From an uncultured Gaiellaceae bacterium (GTDB lineage: Bacteria > Actinomycetota > Thermoleophilia > Gaiellales > Gaiellaceae): 64,000 bases of DNA. The stretch lies in NCBI GenBank assembly GCA_963765705.1, contig CAVXXJ010000007.1, forward strand, positions 93,610 to 157,609, read 5' to 3'. The notes under the pieces are model-generated. The model was given only the letters and a program-made list of their open reading frames with translations, had not been told where the DNA came from and did not search any database. The translations under genes and the position numbers were made by a program. Positions 29,327-38,000 of the stretch are shown here, piece after piece (the stretch's first letter is position 1; each line of letters opens with the position of its first letter).

Positions 29327-30130
29327 GTGACGATCTACGCCGACCTCTTCCGCTACCGCGAGCTGTTCGGCAGCCTCTTCCGGCGCGACCTCCGGGCCAA
29401 GTACAAGGGGTCGGTGCTCGGGCTCGCCTGGTCGCTCGCGCACCCGGTCGTGCTGATGCTCGTCTACCTGCTCGTCTTCAGCGTCCTGCTGAAGATCCAG
29501 ACGACTGCCGTCTACGACCACTACTGGCTCTTCCTGCTCGCCGGACTGCCCGTGTGGGTCTTCTTCGCGACCTCGCTCCAGTCGGCGTCACGCAGCCTGC
29601 TCGAGAACGCGAACCTGATCCGCAAGGTTCGCTTCCCACGCCAGCTGCTCCCGCTCTCGATGGTCGCGACGCAGCTCGTCGGCTTCGCGGTGATGCTCGC
29701 GATCGTCGTCGGGCTCAGCCTCGTCTACGTGCCCGAGGCTCGCGACACGGTCTGGCTGGCGATCCCCCTCGCAGCGCTCGCCGTCTGCCTCGTGGCGGGC
29801 GTCTCGCTCGTGGTCGCGTCGCTGAACGCGGTCTACCGCGACGTCGAGCACCTGGTCGCGGCGCTCCTGCTGCCCTGGTTCTTCCTCACGCCCGTGCTCT
29901 ACTCGCTCGAGAGCATCCCGGGCGTCCAGGACCACCCGCGCCTCGTCGATCTCGTCCACTACGCGAACCCGCTCACGCCGGCGATCGAGGCCGTCCGCGA
30001 CCCACTCTTCTTCGGGCGCCTGCCGCAGGCCGGCGACGCCGTCTACCTCGCCGTGTCCGCGCTGCTCGCACTCGCGCTCGGCGCGTTCGTCTTCAGCCGC
30101 GTGGACGACCGCGTGGCAGTCGAAGTCTGA
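29327..30130 (+). CDS. wzm: ABC-2 type polysaccharide/O-antigen export permease
   Basis: 267 aa, 6 TM. N-terminus YRELFGSLFRRDLRAKYKGSVLGLAWSLAHPVVLMLVY is a typical Wzm/TagG signature. Confidence 0.8.
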   Translation: MTIYADLFRYRELFGSLFRRDLRAKYKGSVLGLAWSLAHPVVLMLVYLLVFSVLLKIQTTAVYDHYWLFLLAGLPVWVFFATSLQSASRSLLENANLIRKVRFPRQLLPLSMVATQLVGFAVMLAIVVGLSLVYVPEARDTVWLAIPLAALAVCLVAGVSLVVASLNAVYRDVEHLVAALLLPWFFLTPVLYSLESIPGVQDHPRLVDLVHYANPLTPAIEAVRDPLFFGRLPQAGDAVYLAVSALLALALGAFVFSRVDDRVAVEV

Positions 30131-30905
30131 TCCGGCCGTCGAAGATCGCCGGCTCGTCGTTCGGCTGGTAAGCGGGAAGGCCCTCGTGCTCTCCCGGCTC
30201 GAGTCCGGAGAGGAGCGACGGCAGCAGCAACGGGTGGGCGAACGTTGGATTGCGGCCGCCGCCGGGCGCCCAAGCGCGGAGCGCGCGGTCTCGCGTCTCG
30301 ATCGACCCGCCGACCGCGGCGAAGCCCTCCGCATGCGCGTCGAGCACTCGACGCGACCAGTCCGGCTCGGGAATCGCCCCAGCGACGAGGTGTGCGGTCG
30401 CGACGGCATCCGTCGCCGCGAACGGCTCTTCCTGCGCGGCAAGCGCTGCGACGGTCTCGGGGCTGTTGCCTCCAATGACAACGACAGCGAGACGCCGGTC
30501 CGCGATTCGCGGCGCCACGACTGCGTCGAGCTCGAGCGGCCACGATCCGACCTCCGCGAACCAGAAGCGGAACTCCTCGACGAGGTCGAACGCGAGCCGG
30601 TAACGCCCCGGTGGCTGCGGCGCGCGGAGGAGCGTCTCCAGCTCGACCTCCTCTCCGGGGGCGACCGGCCGCGGGAGCGCGACGCGCGGGCCGTCCCAGA
30701 CGATCGCGTTGCCGCGGTCGTCGAGCCAGTGGTAGGAGAGCTGTACGCCGCTCGCTCCGCGCGAGCGCCACGTCGCCGTGCCGTCGTTTCGGAGCGTGAC
30801 GCGCGCGGAGGCTGCGGCACCCGCCCGGAGCTCTGGAAGGTCGTGGCCGAGCCATCGAACCGCGAGCGGGCCGACCGGAACGGGATGCTCGCCGACTCGC
30901 TCCAT
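30093..30905 (-). CDS. hypothetical protein (Ig-like N-terminal domain pattern)
   Basis: 270-aa ORF with good coding statistics. The N-terminal roughly 115 aa (VTLRNDGTATW..LSYHWLDDRGNAIVWDGPRVALPRPVAPGEEVELE..PGRYRLAFDLVEE) looks like a beta-sandwich module. The 3' end overlaps wzm by 38 nt. Confidence 0.5.
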   Translation of the reverse strand: MERVGEHPVPVGPLAVRWLGHDLPELRAGAAASARVTLRNDGTATWRSRGASGVQLSYHWLDDRGNAIVWDGPRVALPRPVAPGEEVELETLLRAPQPPGRYRLAFDLVEEFRFWFAEVGSWPLELDAVVAPRIADRRLAVVVIGGNSPETVAALAAQEEPFAATDAVATAHLVAGAIPEPDWSRRVLDAHAEGFAAVGGSIETRDRALRAWAPGGGRNPTFAHPLLLPSLLSGLEPGEHEGLPAYQPNDEPAIFDGRIRLRLPRGRPRG

Positions 30906-30928
30906 GACGCAGCTAGCCTACTGCCGCG

Positions 30929-31963
30929 ATGTCCGAGGCTCCCCTTCTCGTCCGTGCGGCGCGTCTCGAGCCGACGGAGCGCACGCCGGTGTGGTTCATG
31001 CGGCAGGCCGGCCGCTCGCTGCCTGAGTATCGCGAGATCCGGAAGACGCACACGCTCTTCGAGGTCTGCTACGAGCCGGAGCTCTGCGCCGAGGTGACGC
31101 TCCAGCCGGTGCGCCGCCACGATGTCGACGCGGCCGTGATGTTCGCGGACATCATGCTGCCGCTGCTCGGGATGGGCGTCGAAGTCGAGCTCGTCGAGAA
31201 CGTCGGCCCGGTGATCGCCGACCCGATTCGCAGCCGCGCCCAGGTCGATGCGCTCCGCGTCCCCGAGCCGGAGGAGGCTGTGCCGTTCATCCTCGAGGCG
31301 ATCGGGATCGTCCGGCGCGAGCTCCGGCCCGACCAGGCCGTGATCGGCTTCTGCGGCGGCCCGTTCACGGTCGCCGGCTACCTGATCGAGGGGAAGCCCA
31401 GCCGGGAGTTCCTGAACGTGAAGCGGATGATGTACGCGGAGCCGGAGCTCTGGCACGCGCTGATGGAAAAGCTGACCGATGCGTTCTCGCTCTACGTCCA
31501 GGGCCAGGTGCGCGCGGGCGCGGACGTGATCCAGCTCTTCGACTCCTGGGTCGGCGCGCTCTCGCCGGCGGACTACATCGAGTTCGTGCAGCCGTACTCG
31601 GCGCGGATCCTCGCGGCCGTCGACGGCCCGACGATCCACTTCGGCACCGGCACCGCGACGCTGCTCGAGCAGATGCGCGACGCGGGCGGCGACGTGATCG
31701 GGCTCGACTGGCGGATCCCGCTCGACTGGGGCTGGGAGGCCGTCGGCGAGGAGCGCGGCGTCCAGGGCAACCTCGACGGCGCGATCCTCTTCGGCCCGTG
31801 GGAGCGGGTCGAGGCGGCGACGCTCGACGTGCTCGCTCGCGCCGCCGGCCGCCCGGGACACATCTTCAACCTCGGCCACGGCGTCATGCCCGACACCGAC
31901 CCCGACGTGCTCGGCCGGCTGCGCGCGTTCGTGCACGAGCAGACCGCGCGCGTTCCGGTATGA
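30929..31963 (+). CDS. hemE: uroporphyrinogen decarboxylase
   Basis: TPVWFMRQAGRSLPEYREIR..LQPVRRHDVDAAVMFADIMLPL..: canonical HemE motifs, 344 aa. Confidence 0.9.
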   Translation: MSEAPLLVRAARLEPTERTPVWFMRQAGRSLPEYREIRKTHTLFEVCYEPELCAEVTLQPVRRHDVDAAVMFADIMLPLLGMGVEVELVENVGPVIADPIRSRAQVDALRVPEPEEAVPFILEAIGIVRRELRPDQAVIGFCGGPFTVAGYLIEGKPSREFLNVKRMMYAEPELWHALMEKLTDAFSLYVQGQVRAGADVIQLFDSWVGALSPADYIEFVQPYSARILAAVDGPTIHFGTGTATLLEQMRDAGGDVIGLDWRIPLDWGWEAVGEERGVQGNLDGAILFGPWERVEAATLDVLARAAGRPGHIFNLGHGVMPDTDPDVLGRLRAFVHEQTARVPV

Positions 31964-32844
31964 GCACCGCGGTCGTCCTGATGGCGTACGGCTCGCCGAA
32001 CCGGATCGAGGACGTGCCCGCCTACTACGCCGACATCCGCGGCGGACGCCCGATCAAGCCGGAGCATCTCGAGGACCTCGTCGCCCGTTACACGCGGCTC
32101 GGGATCGAGGAGTCGAACCCGCTGAACGAGATCACCGAGGCGACGCGCGCGGCACTCGAGGCCGAGCTCGGCCTGCCGGTCTACACCGGCATGCGCCACT
32201 GGACCCCTCGGATCGCCGAGGCAGTCGAGCAGGCGCTCGCGGGCGGCGCCGACACGATCGTCGGCCTCGTGCTCGCCCCGCACTACTCGAGCCTCTCGAT
32301 CGAGAAGTACCGGGCGCAGCTCGAGGACGCCCTCGACGGTCGTGCGGAGCTCCGCTTCGTCGAACGGTGGGGCGACGAGCCCGGCTTCGTCGCCCTGCTC
32401 GCAGAGCGGCTCGTGGTGCAGAACCACAAGCACGTCGTCTTCACCGCCCACTCCCTTCCCGCCCGGATCCTCGCGGAAGGCGATCCGTACCACGACGAGC
32501 TGCTGACGACGGCGCGCCTCGTGGCGGAGTCGGCCGAGGTCGAGGACTGGTCGTTCTCGTTCCAGAGCCAGTCGCCCACGGGCGAGCCGTGGCTCGGACC
32601 AGACATCCTCGACCACCTCGACGAGTTGGCCGCCCGCGGGGTCGAGGACGTCGTCGTCTGCCCGGTCGGCTTCGTCGCCGACCATCTCGAGATCCGCTGG
32701 GATCTCGACGTCGAGGCGGCCGAGAAAGCGCGGGAGCTGGGCCTCCGCTTCGACCGGATCGTGCTGCCGAATGCAGATCCCGCGTTCGTGCACGTGCTCG
32801 CCGGGCTCGTCCGGCGGGCGACGGCTGTACCGTCTCAGGTGTGA
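31960..32844 (+). CDS. hemH: ferrochelatase (HemH/CpfC type)
   Basis: VVLMAYGSPNRIEDVPAYYADIRGGRP..FTAHSLP..VCPVGFVADHLEI. ATGA overlap with hemE. Confidence 0.9.
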   Translation: MSTAVVLMAYGSPNRIEDVPAYYADIRGGRPIKPEHLEDLVARYTRLGIEESNPLNEITEATRAALEAELGLPVYTGMRHWTPRIAEAVEQALAGGADTIVGLVLAPHYSSLSIEKYRAQLEDALDGRAELRFVERWGDEPGFVALLAERLVVQNHKHVVFTAHSLPARILAEGDPYHDELLTTARLVAESAEVEDWSFSFQSQSPTGEPWLGPDILDHLDELAARGVEDVVVCPVGFVADHLEIRWDLDVEAAEKARELGLRFDRIVLPNADPAFVHVLAGLVRRATAVPSQV

Positions 32845-34043
32845 AGACGGGGCAGATCCGCGTCGAAGGGGTCTCGCGCCGCTTCCGCGTCCGCGCGAAC
32901 GAAGCGCGCAGCCTGAAGGAGCTCTTCGTGCTCGGCGGCCGCACCGATGCCAGCGACGTGCTCGCGCTCCAGGATGTCTCGCTTGCGGTCGAGCCCGGCG
33001 AAGCAGTGGGCCTCGTCGGCCGCAACGGCTCCGGCAAGTCGACGCTGCTCCGCCTGGTCGCCGGGATCATCAAGCCGACCGAGGGACAGGTCGAGGTCGG
33101 CGGCCGGATCGGCTCGCTGCTCGAGCTCGGAGCCGGCTTCCATCCGGACTTCTCCGGGCGCGAGAACGTCTTCCTCAACGGCGCCATCTACGGACTGCGG
33201 CGCGCTCAGATCCGGGAGCGCTTCGACGAGATCGTCGCGTTCGCCGAGCTCGAGCAGGCGATCGACAGGCCGGTGCGGACGTACTCATCGGGGATGTACA
33301 TGCGGCTCGGCTTCGCGATCGCTGCGCACCTGGATGCGGATGTGCTCCTGCTCGACGAGGTGTTCGCCGTCGGCGACGAGGCATTCCAGCGCAAGTGCTT
33401 CGGCAAGGTCTTCGAGTTCAAGCAGCGCGGCGGGACGATCGTCTTCGTCTCGCACGATGCGTCGCAGGTAGAGCGGCTCTGCGAGCGGGCCGTGCTGCTG
33501 CAGGAGGGCCGGCTCGCGTTCGACGGCCCGACCCGTGAGGCGATCGTGCGCTACCGGAAGGCGCTCGCGGCGGACGCCGATCCGGCCGAGCGTGCCGCGG
33601 GCCTGCGCGAGTGGGGCACCGGCGAGGCGACGATCACCGGCGCGCGGCTGGTCGGCTCCGAAGGGGAGGAGCGGCAGCAGTTCCTCGCAGGGGAGCCGTT
33701 CTCGCTGCGGTTGCGGATCGAGGCCGAGAACGGGATCGCTGCGCCGCAGCTCCAGCTCGAGCTGCGCGACGACGGAGGCCTGCTCGTCGCCTCGGACGTG
33801 CTCGACACCGGCAGCGTCGGCTGGGCCACGGGCACGCGGGAGCTGCGCTACGACATCGACCGGCTACCGCTCTCGGACGGACGCTTCCACCTTCGGCTCG
33901 GCCTCGCCGACGGGGAGGGGGCGCTGCTGCACTGGCTCGACGACGCGCTCGCCTTCCTCGTCTACCCGGCAGGAGAGGAGCGCGGCGGTGTCGTCCGGCT
34001 GGAAGGGAGCTGGACCGCGGAGGAGAATTCCGGGAGTCGATGA
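32841..34043 (+). CDS. wzt: polysaccharide ABC exporter ATP-binding protein with a C-terminal substrate-binding-type extension
   Basis: Walker A GRNGSGKSTLLR, signature YSSGMYMRLGF, Walker B LLLDEVFAVGD, plus a beta-rich C-terminal domain of about 150 aa. The GTG overlaps the hemH stop (GTGTGA). Confidence 0.85.
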   Translation: MKTGQIRVEGVSRRFRVRANEARSLKELFVLGGRTDASDVLALQDVSLAVEPGEAVGLVGRNGSGKSTLLRLVAGIIKPTEGQVEVGGRIGSLLELGAGFHPDFSGRENVFLNGAIYGLRRAQIRERFDEIVAFAELEQAIDRPVRTYSSGMYMRLGFAIAAHLDADVLLLDEVFAVGDEAFQRKCFGKVFEFKQRGGTIVFVSHDASQVERLCERAVLLQEGRLAFDGPTREAIVRYRKALAADADPAERAAGLREWGTGEATITGARLVGSEGEERQQFLAGEPFSLRLRIEAENGIAAPQLQLELRDDGGLLVASDVLDTGSVGWATGTRELRYDIDRLPLSDGRFHLRLGLADGEGALLHWLDDALAFLVYPAGEERGGVVRLEGSWTAEENSGSR

Positions 34044-34318
34044 GCTCGCGCAGCTGCCCCGACTGGCCCGACCTGATGGAGATCGCTCCCGATCTTCAGT
34101 TCATGCACTACACCGTCGCCGAGGCGCAGTTGCCCGTCGACGTGCTGACGACGATCGACCATGTCTCGCTCGGCGACGTCGCGATCTGCTGCGACCTGGA
34201 GACCCACGTCTTCTATGCCGAGCACACGGATCCGCAGGTGGCCGACGCGCTTCGCGCGACGCACTGGTTCGAGCTGCGCGAGTACGCCGAGCGCGGCCCG
34301 GGGACTTCAGCGGCCTAG
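34040..34318 (+). CDS. hypothetical small protein (92 aa)
   Basis: ATGA overlap with the wzt stop. Sequence MSSRSCPDWPDLMEIAPDLQFMHYTVAEAQLPVDVL.. matches no family I recognise. Confidence 0.45.
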   Translation: MSSRSCPDWPDLMEIAPDLQFMHYTVAEAQLPVDVLTTIDHVSLGDVAICCDLETHVFYAEHTDPQVADALRATHWFELREYAERGPGTSAA

Positions 34319-35869
34319 TAGCTCGGCCAGCGACAGCGTGCTCAGCACGTCGCCTCGCCGGGCGCCGCCGCGGCGAGCCGTCGCGACCGAGAGCGCCATG
34401 TTGCCGAGCCCGCGCACGGAGTGTGCATCGGTCGAGCAGACGATCCTCACGCCTGCTGCGAGCGCTTCGCGGACGTGGCCCGCGGCGAGATCGAGCCGGT
34501 CCGGCAGGCCGTTCACCTCCAGCGCGACGCCGGTCTCGAGCGACACCTCGAAGACCTGCTCCAGGTCGAGCGCGTTCTCCGGCCGGTGGTTGAGGATCCG
34601 CCCTTTCGGGTGCGAGAGGCAGGATGCAGCCGGATGACGCATCGCCTCGACGACGCGGTCGGTGAGCGCTGCCCGGCCGGCGCGCTGGCCGGCGTGGAGG
34701 CTGATCTGCACCCATTCGAGCTCGGCGAGCACGTCGTCGGGGAGGTCGAGCGAGCCGTCCGGGAGGATGTCGCACTCGCTCCCGCGAAGGATCCGGAACG
34801 GTGCGAGCACCTCGTTCGCGGCGGCGATCTCCTCGCCCTGCCGGCGGATGTCGTCCGCATCGAGCCCGGGGACGACGGTCACGTTGCGCGTGTGGTCGCA
34901 GATCGCGAGGTACTCGTAGCCGAGCGCCTGGCAGGCGCGGCCCATCTCCTCGACGGTCGCCTTGCCGTCCGAGGCCGTCGTGTGTGCGTGCAGCTCGCCC
35001 CGGATGTCAGTGAGCTCGAGCAGGTCGGGCGGCGCCGGAGGCGCGTCGAGCTCGCGCAACTCCGGTGGAGGAAGCTCGCTCGCCGACAGATCCGGGTGGG
35101 CTGCGACCCACTCCGGGGAGCCGATGGCGCGGACGAGGTCTCGTTCCCAGCTCTCCGAAGTGGCGCCGACGATCTCGATCGGGTAGCCCTCAGCTGTGAC
35201 GCCGACGATGCGTCGGTCGTCGCGCTCGAGTACGGCGACAAGCTGAGGCAGGGCTTCGGCTTCCGGCAGGCGTTCGAGCGGCACGACGACTGCGAAGTGG
35301 TTGGAGAGGTCGCAGCCGCGGCGCGGGTCTCCGGCGGGCTCGCCGCCGAGGGCGTCGGCGATCTCGCCGACGAGCGCACGAGCGCGGTTCAGGGTCATCC
35401 CGCGGCGCGGACGGGTCGTCGTGAGCTCCGCCAGCCCGGTCTCGATCCGCGCCGCCGTCTTCGGGCCGATCCCGGCCACCGAGTCGAGCCGCCCGGCAGC
35501 GGCGGCCTCGCGCAGCTCGGCCAGCGTGCTGATCCCGAGCGCGTGGCCGAGCTCTCGCATCCGCTTGGTCGAGAGGCCGAGCAGGCGGGCCACCCCCACG
35601 AGTTCCGGCAGCGCCTGTGCCTCGAGCTCCTTCAACTCCGCCAGCTCGCCGGTCTCCACCAGCTCGCGAAGTCGCTTCTCGATCCCTGGCCCGATCCCGG
35701 CCAGCTCGCGCACGCGACCCGTGCGGACGAGCTGGGCGACGTCGACCGGCGTCGAGCGGATCAGCTCGGCGGCGCGCCGGAACGCGCGGACGGTGTAGTG
35801 CCCCGACTCGTTCAGGTCCAGCAGGGCGGCGAAGGCTTCGAGCCGTTCGGCGAGATTCGCGTTCTCCAC
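34307..35869 (-). CDS. PolX-family protein with a C-terminal PHP phosphoesterase domain (polymerase palm appears degenerate)
   Basis: N-terminal HhH/8-kDa-like NANLAERLEAFAALLDL..YTVRAFRRAAE, GIGPGIEKRL and GIGPKTAARI HhH motifs, and PHP motifs LHAHTTASDG..ICDHT..STDAH. GTG 35869 is preceded by AGGA at 8 nt. Confidence 0.8.
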   Translation of the reverse strand: MENANLAERLEAFAALLDLNESGHYTVRAFRRAAELIRSTPVDVAQLVRTGRVRELAGIGPGIEKRLRELVETGELAELKELEAQALPELVGVARLLGLSTKRMRELGHALGISTLAELREAAAAGRLDSVAGIGPKTAARIETGLAELTTTRPRRGMTLNRARALVGEIADALGGEPAGDPRRGCDLSNHFAVVVPLERLPEAEALPQLVAVLERDDRRIVGVTAEGYPIEIVGATSESWERDLVRAIGSPEWVAAHPDLSASELPPPELRELDAPPAPPDLLELTDIRGELHAHTTASDGKATVEEMGRACQALGYEYLAICDHTRNVTVVPGLDADDIRRQGEEIAAANEVLAPFRILRGSECDILPDGSLDLPDDVLAELEWVQISLHAGQRAGRAALTDRVVEAMRHPAASCLSHPKGRILNHRPENALDLEQVFEVSLETGVALEVNGLPDRLDLAAGHVREALAAGVRIVCSTDAHSVRGLGNMALSVATARRGGARRGDVLSTLSLAELLGR

Positions 35870-35872
35870 GAT

Positions 35873-35878
35873 TAGAGT
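35873..35878 (+). promoter_or_regulatory. -10-like hexamer TAGAGT placed 6 nt before the cofC ATG (leaderless-type)
   Basis: atTAGAGTcctaacATG. The divergent gap to PolX is only 15 bp. Confidence 0.45.
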
Positions 35879-35884
35879 CCTAAC

Positions 35885-36484
35885 ATGGCGCAGATCGTCG
35901 TCCCCTTCCGCGGTGTGTCGGGCAAGCAGCGCCTGGAGACGTCCGACGAGGTTCGGTCGACGCTTGCCCTGGCGATGCTCGGCGACGTCCTGACCGCGTG
36001 CGTCGCCACCGGACGCACGCTCCTCGTCACCGCCGACGCCGATGCACGTGCGCTGGCGGACGAGCTCGGCGCCGAGATCGTCGACGACCCTGGAGGTGGC
36101 CAGGGACAGGCAGTTGCAGCGGCGCTCGAGCGGGTCGACGGCAAGCCGGTGGTCGTGCTGAACGCGGACATCCCGTGCGTGGTGCCGCACGACATCCGCA
36201 CGCTCGCCGGCATGGCCGAGCTCGACGCGGTCGGGCTCGTCGAAGCGAGCGACGGCACGACGAACGCGCTCGCGCTCCCCAGGGCCGGGCTCTTCGCGCC
36301 GCTCTACGGAGCCGGCAGCGCCGAACGGTTCCGGGACCACGCGAAGGCTCACGGGGTTCCGGCCGTGGCAGCCGTGATCCCGAATCTCGCCGACGACGTC
36401 GACACGCTCGAGGACCTGGCGCGGATCGGCCTCCGTGCCGGCCCTCGCACCCAGGCGGCCGTCGGGGGCCTGCTGACGCTGTGA
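35885..36484 (+). CDS. cofC: 2-phospho-L-lactate (or phosphoenolpyruvate) guanylyltransferase
   Basis: 199 aa. IVVPFRGVSGKQRL..VVLNADIPCVV..DGTTNAL pattern of CofC/FbiD. Precedes cofD. Confidence 0.8.
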   Translation: MAQIVVPFRGVSGKQRLETSDEVRSTLALAMLGDVLTACVATGRTLLVTADADARALADELGAEIVDDPGGGQGQAVAAALERVDGKPVVVLNADIPCVVPHDIRTLAGMAELDAVGLVEASDGTTNALALPRAGLFAPLYGAGSAERFRDHAKAHGVPAVAAVIPNLADDVDTLEDLARIGLRAGPRTQAAVGGLLTL

Positions 36485-37386
36485 AGGTGGCGCTCCTCTC
36501 CGGCGGCGTCGGCGGCGCCCGCTTCGCGCGCGGGCTCGTCAGCGCCGTGAATCCGACCGACGTGACCGTGATCGGAAACGTCGGCGACGACCTCGACGTG
36601 CTCGGACTCGCCGTCTCGCCCGACCTCGACAGCATCCTCTATGCCCTCGCCGGCCTGCACGACGAGGAGCGGGGCTGGGGCCGCTCCGGAGAGACGTGGG
36701 AGGCGCTCGGCACGGTCTCCGCGCTCGGCGGCGAGGACTGGTTTCGACTGGGCGACCGCGATCTCGGGCTCCATCTCGTGCGGACGCAGGCGCTGCGCTC
36801 CGGTGAGCCGTTGTCTATTGTGACAACCAAACTCGTCCGGGCGCTCGGCATCGAGGCGGCGGTCGTCCCCGCGACGGACGACCGGCTGCGCACCTGGATC
36901 GACACGCCCGCCGGCAGCTTTCCGTTCCAGGAGTGGTTCGTCGCGCGCGGCCACCGCGACGAGGTCGACGCGGTGCGATTCGAGGGGGAGGCTGCGCCGG
37001 CTCCGGGTGTGCTCGAGGCCCTGGCCGGGGCGGATGCGATCGTGATCGCTCCCTCCAACCCGTACGTGAGCATCTGGCCGATCCTCGCCGTCGAGGAGAT
37101 CCGCGCAGCGCTTATCGCGCGCAGCGTCCCGTGCGTCGCGGTCAGCCCGCTCGTCGGCGGCCGCGCGGTGAAGGGCCCGGCAGACCGTATGCTCGCGCGG
37201 ATGGCGGGCGGCACGACTCCGGCGCACGTGGCGGGCTGCTACGCAGGGCTGATCGACGCGCTCGTCGTGGATGAGTCCGATCCGGCCGGGCCGCTGACGG
37301 TGCGCAGGATCGTCGCCCAGACGCTGATGACCGACCTCGCTGCGTCGCGCCGTCTTGCCGAGACCGTGCTGGGAGCCGCGGCGTGA
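36481..37386 (+). CDS. cofD: 2-phospho-L-lactate transferase
   Basis: VKVALLSGGVGGARFARGL..IGNVGDD..WFRLGDRDL..IAPSNPYVSI: CofD/FbiA hallmarks. Confidence 0.9.
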   Translation: MKVALLSGGVGGARFARGLVSAVNPTDVTVIGNVGDDLDVLGLAVSPDLDSILYALAGLHDEERGWGRSGETWEALGTVSALGGEDWFRLGDRDLGLHLVRTQALRSGEPLSIVTTKLVRALGIEAAVVPATDDRLRTWIDTPAGSFPFQEWFVARGHRDEVDAVRFEGEAAPAPGVLEALAGADAIVIAPSNPYVSIWPILAVEEIRAALIARSVPCVAVSPLVGGRAVKGPADRMLARMAGGTTPAHVAGCYAGLIDALVVDESDPAGPLTVRRIVAQTLMTDLAASRRLAETVLGAAA

Positions 37387-38000
37387 AGGTCGGTGTCGTC
37401 GGCGGTACCGGCAGCTTCGGCCAGGCGGTCGCGAAGCGACTCGTCGACGCAGGCGTGGAGATCGTGATCGGCTCGCGCGATGCCGAGCGTGCCCGCGAGG
37501 CGGCCGCAGCGATCGGGGGCGAAGGTGCGTCGAACGACGACGCCGTGCGCGGCGTCGACCTCGTTCTGCTCGCGGTCAAGTCCGAGGCGGCTGTCGACAC
37601 GGCTCGCGATCTGCGCGAGGCGATCGGCTCGACGCCCGTCCTCTCGGTCTGCGCCGAGCTGTCCTTCGGATCCGGTGGAGTGAAGCCGACCGCCGAGGCG
37701 ACGTCGATCGCTCAGCGGATCCAGGACGAGCTCGACGCGCCCGTCGTCGCGGGGCTGCACTCGCTCGCGGCGTCGAACCTCGCCGAGGCTCCACCCGAGG
37801 AGGACGCGCTCGTCTGCGGCGACGACGCAGCGGCGAAGGAGCTGGCGCTCGAGCTGGCGGCGAAGCTGGTCTCCGGCCGGGCGGTGGACTGCGGCCCGCT
37901 CGCGAGCGCCCGCGCGCTCGAGGGCATGACCGCCGTGATCGTCAACGTGAACAAGCGCTACAAGGCGCACGCCGGAGTCCGGATCACCGGCCTCCCGTGA
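37383..38000 (+). CDS. npdG: NADPH-dependent F420 reductase
   Basis: MKVGVVGGTGSFGQAVAKRL Rossmann motif, 205 aa, embedded between cofD and cofE. Confidence 0.75.
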   Translation: MKVGVVGGTGSFGQAVAKRLVDAGVEIVIGSRDAERAREAAAAIGGEGASNDDAVRGVDLVLLAVKSEAAVDTARDLREAIGSTPVLSVCAELSFGSGGVKPTAEATSIAQRIQDELDAPVVAGLHSLAASNLAEAPPEEDALVCGDDAAAKELALELAAKLVSGRAVDCGPLASARALEGMTAVIVNVNKRYKAHAGVRITGLP

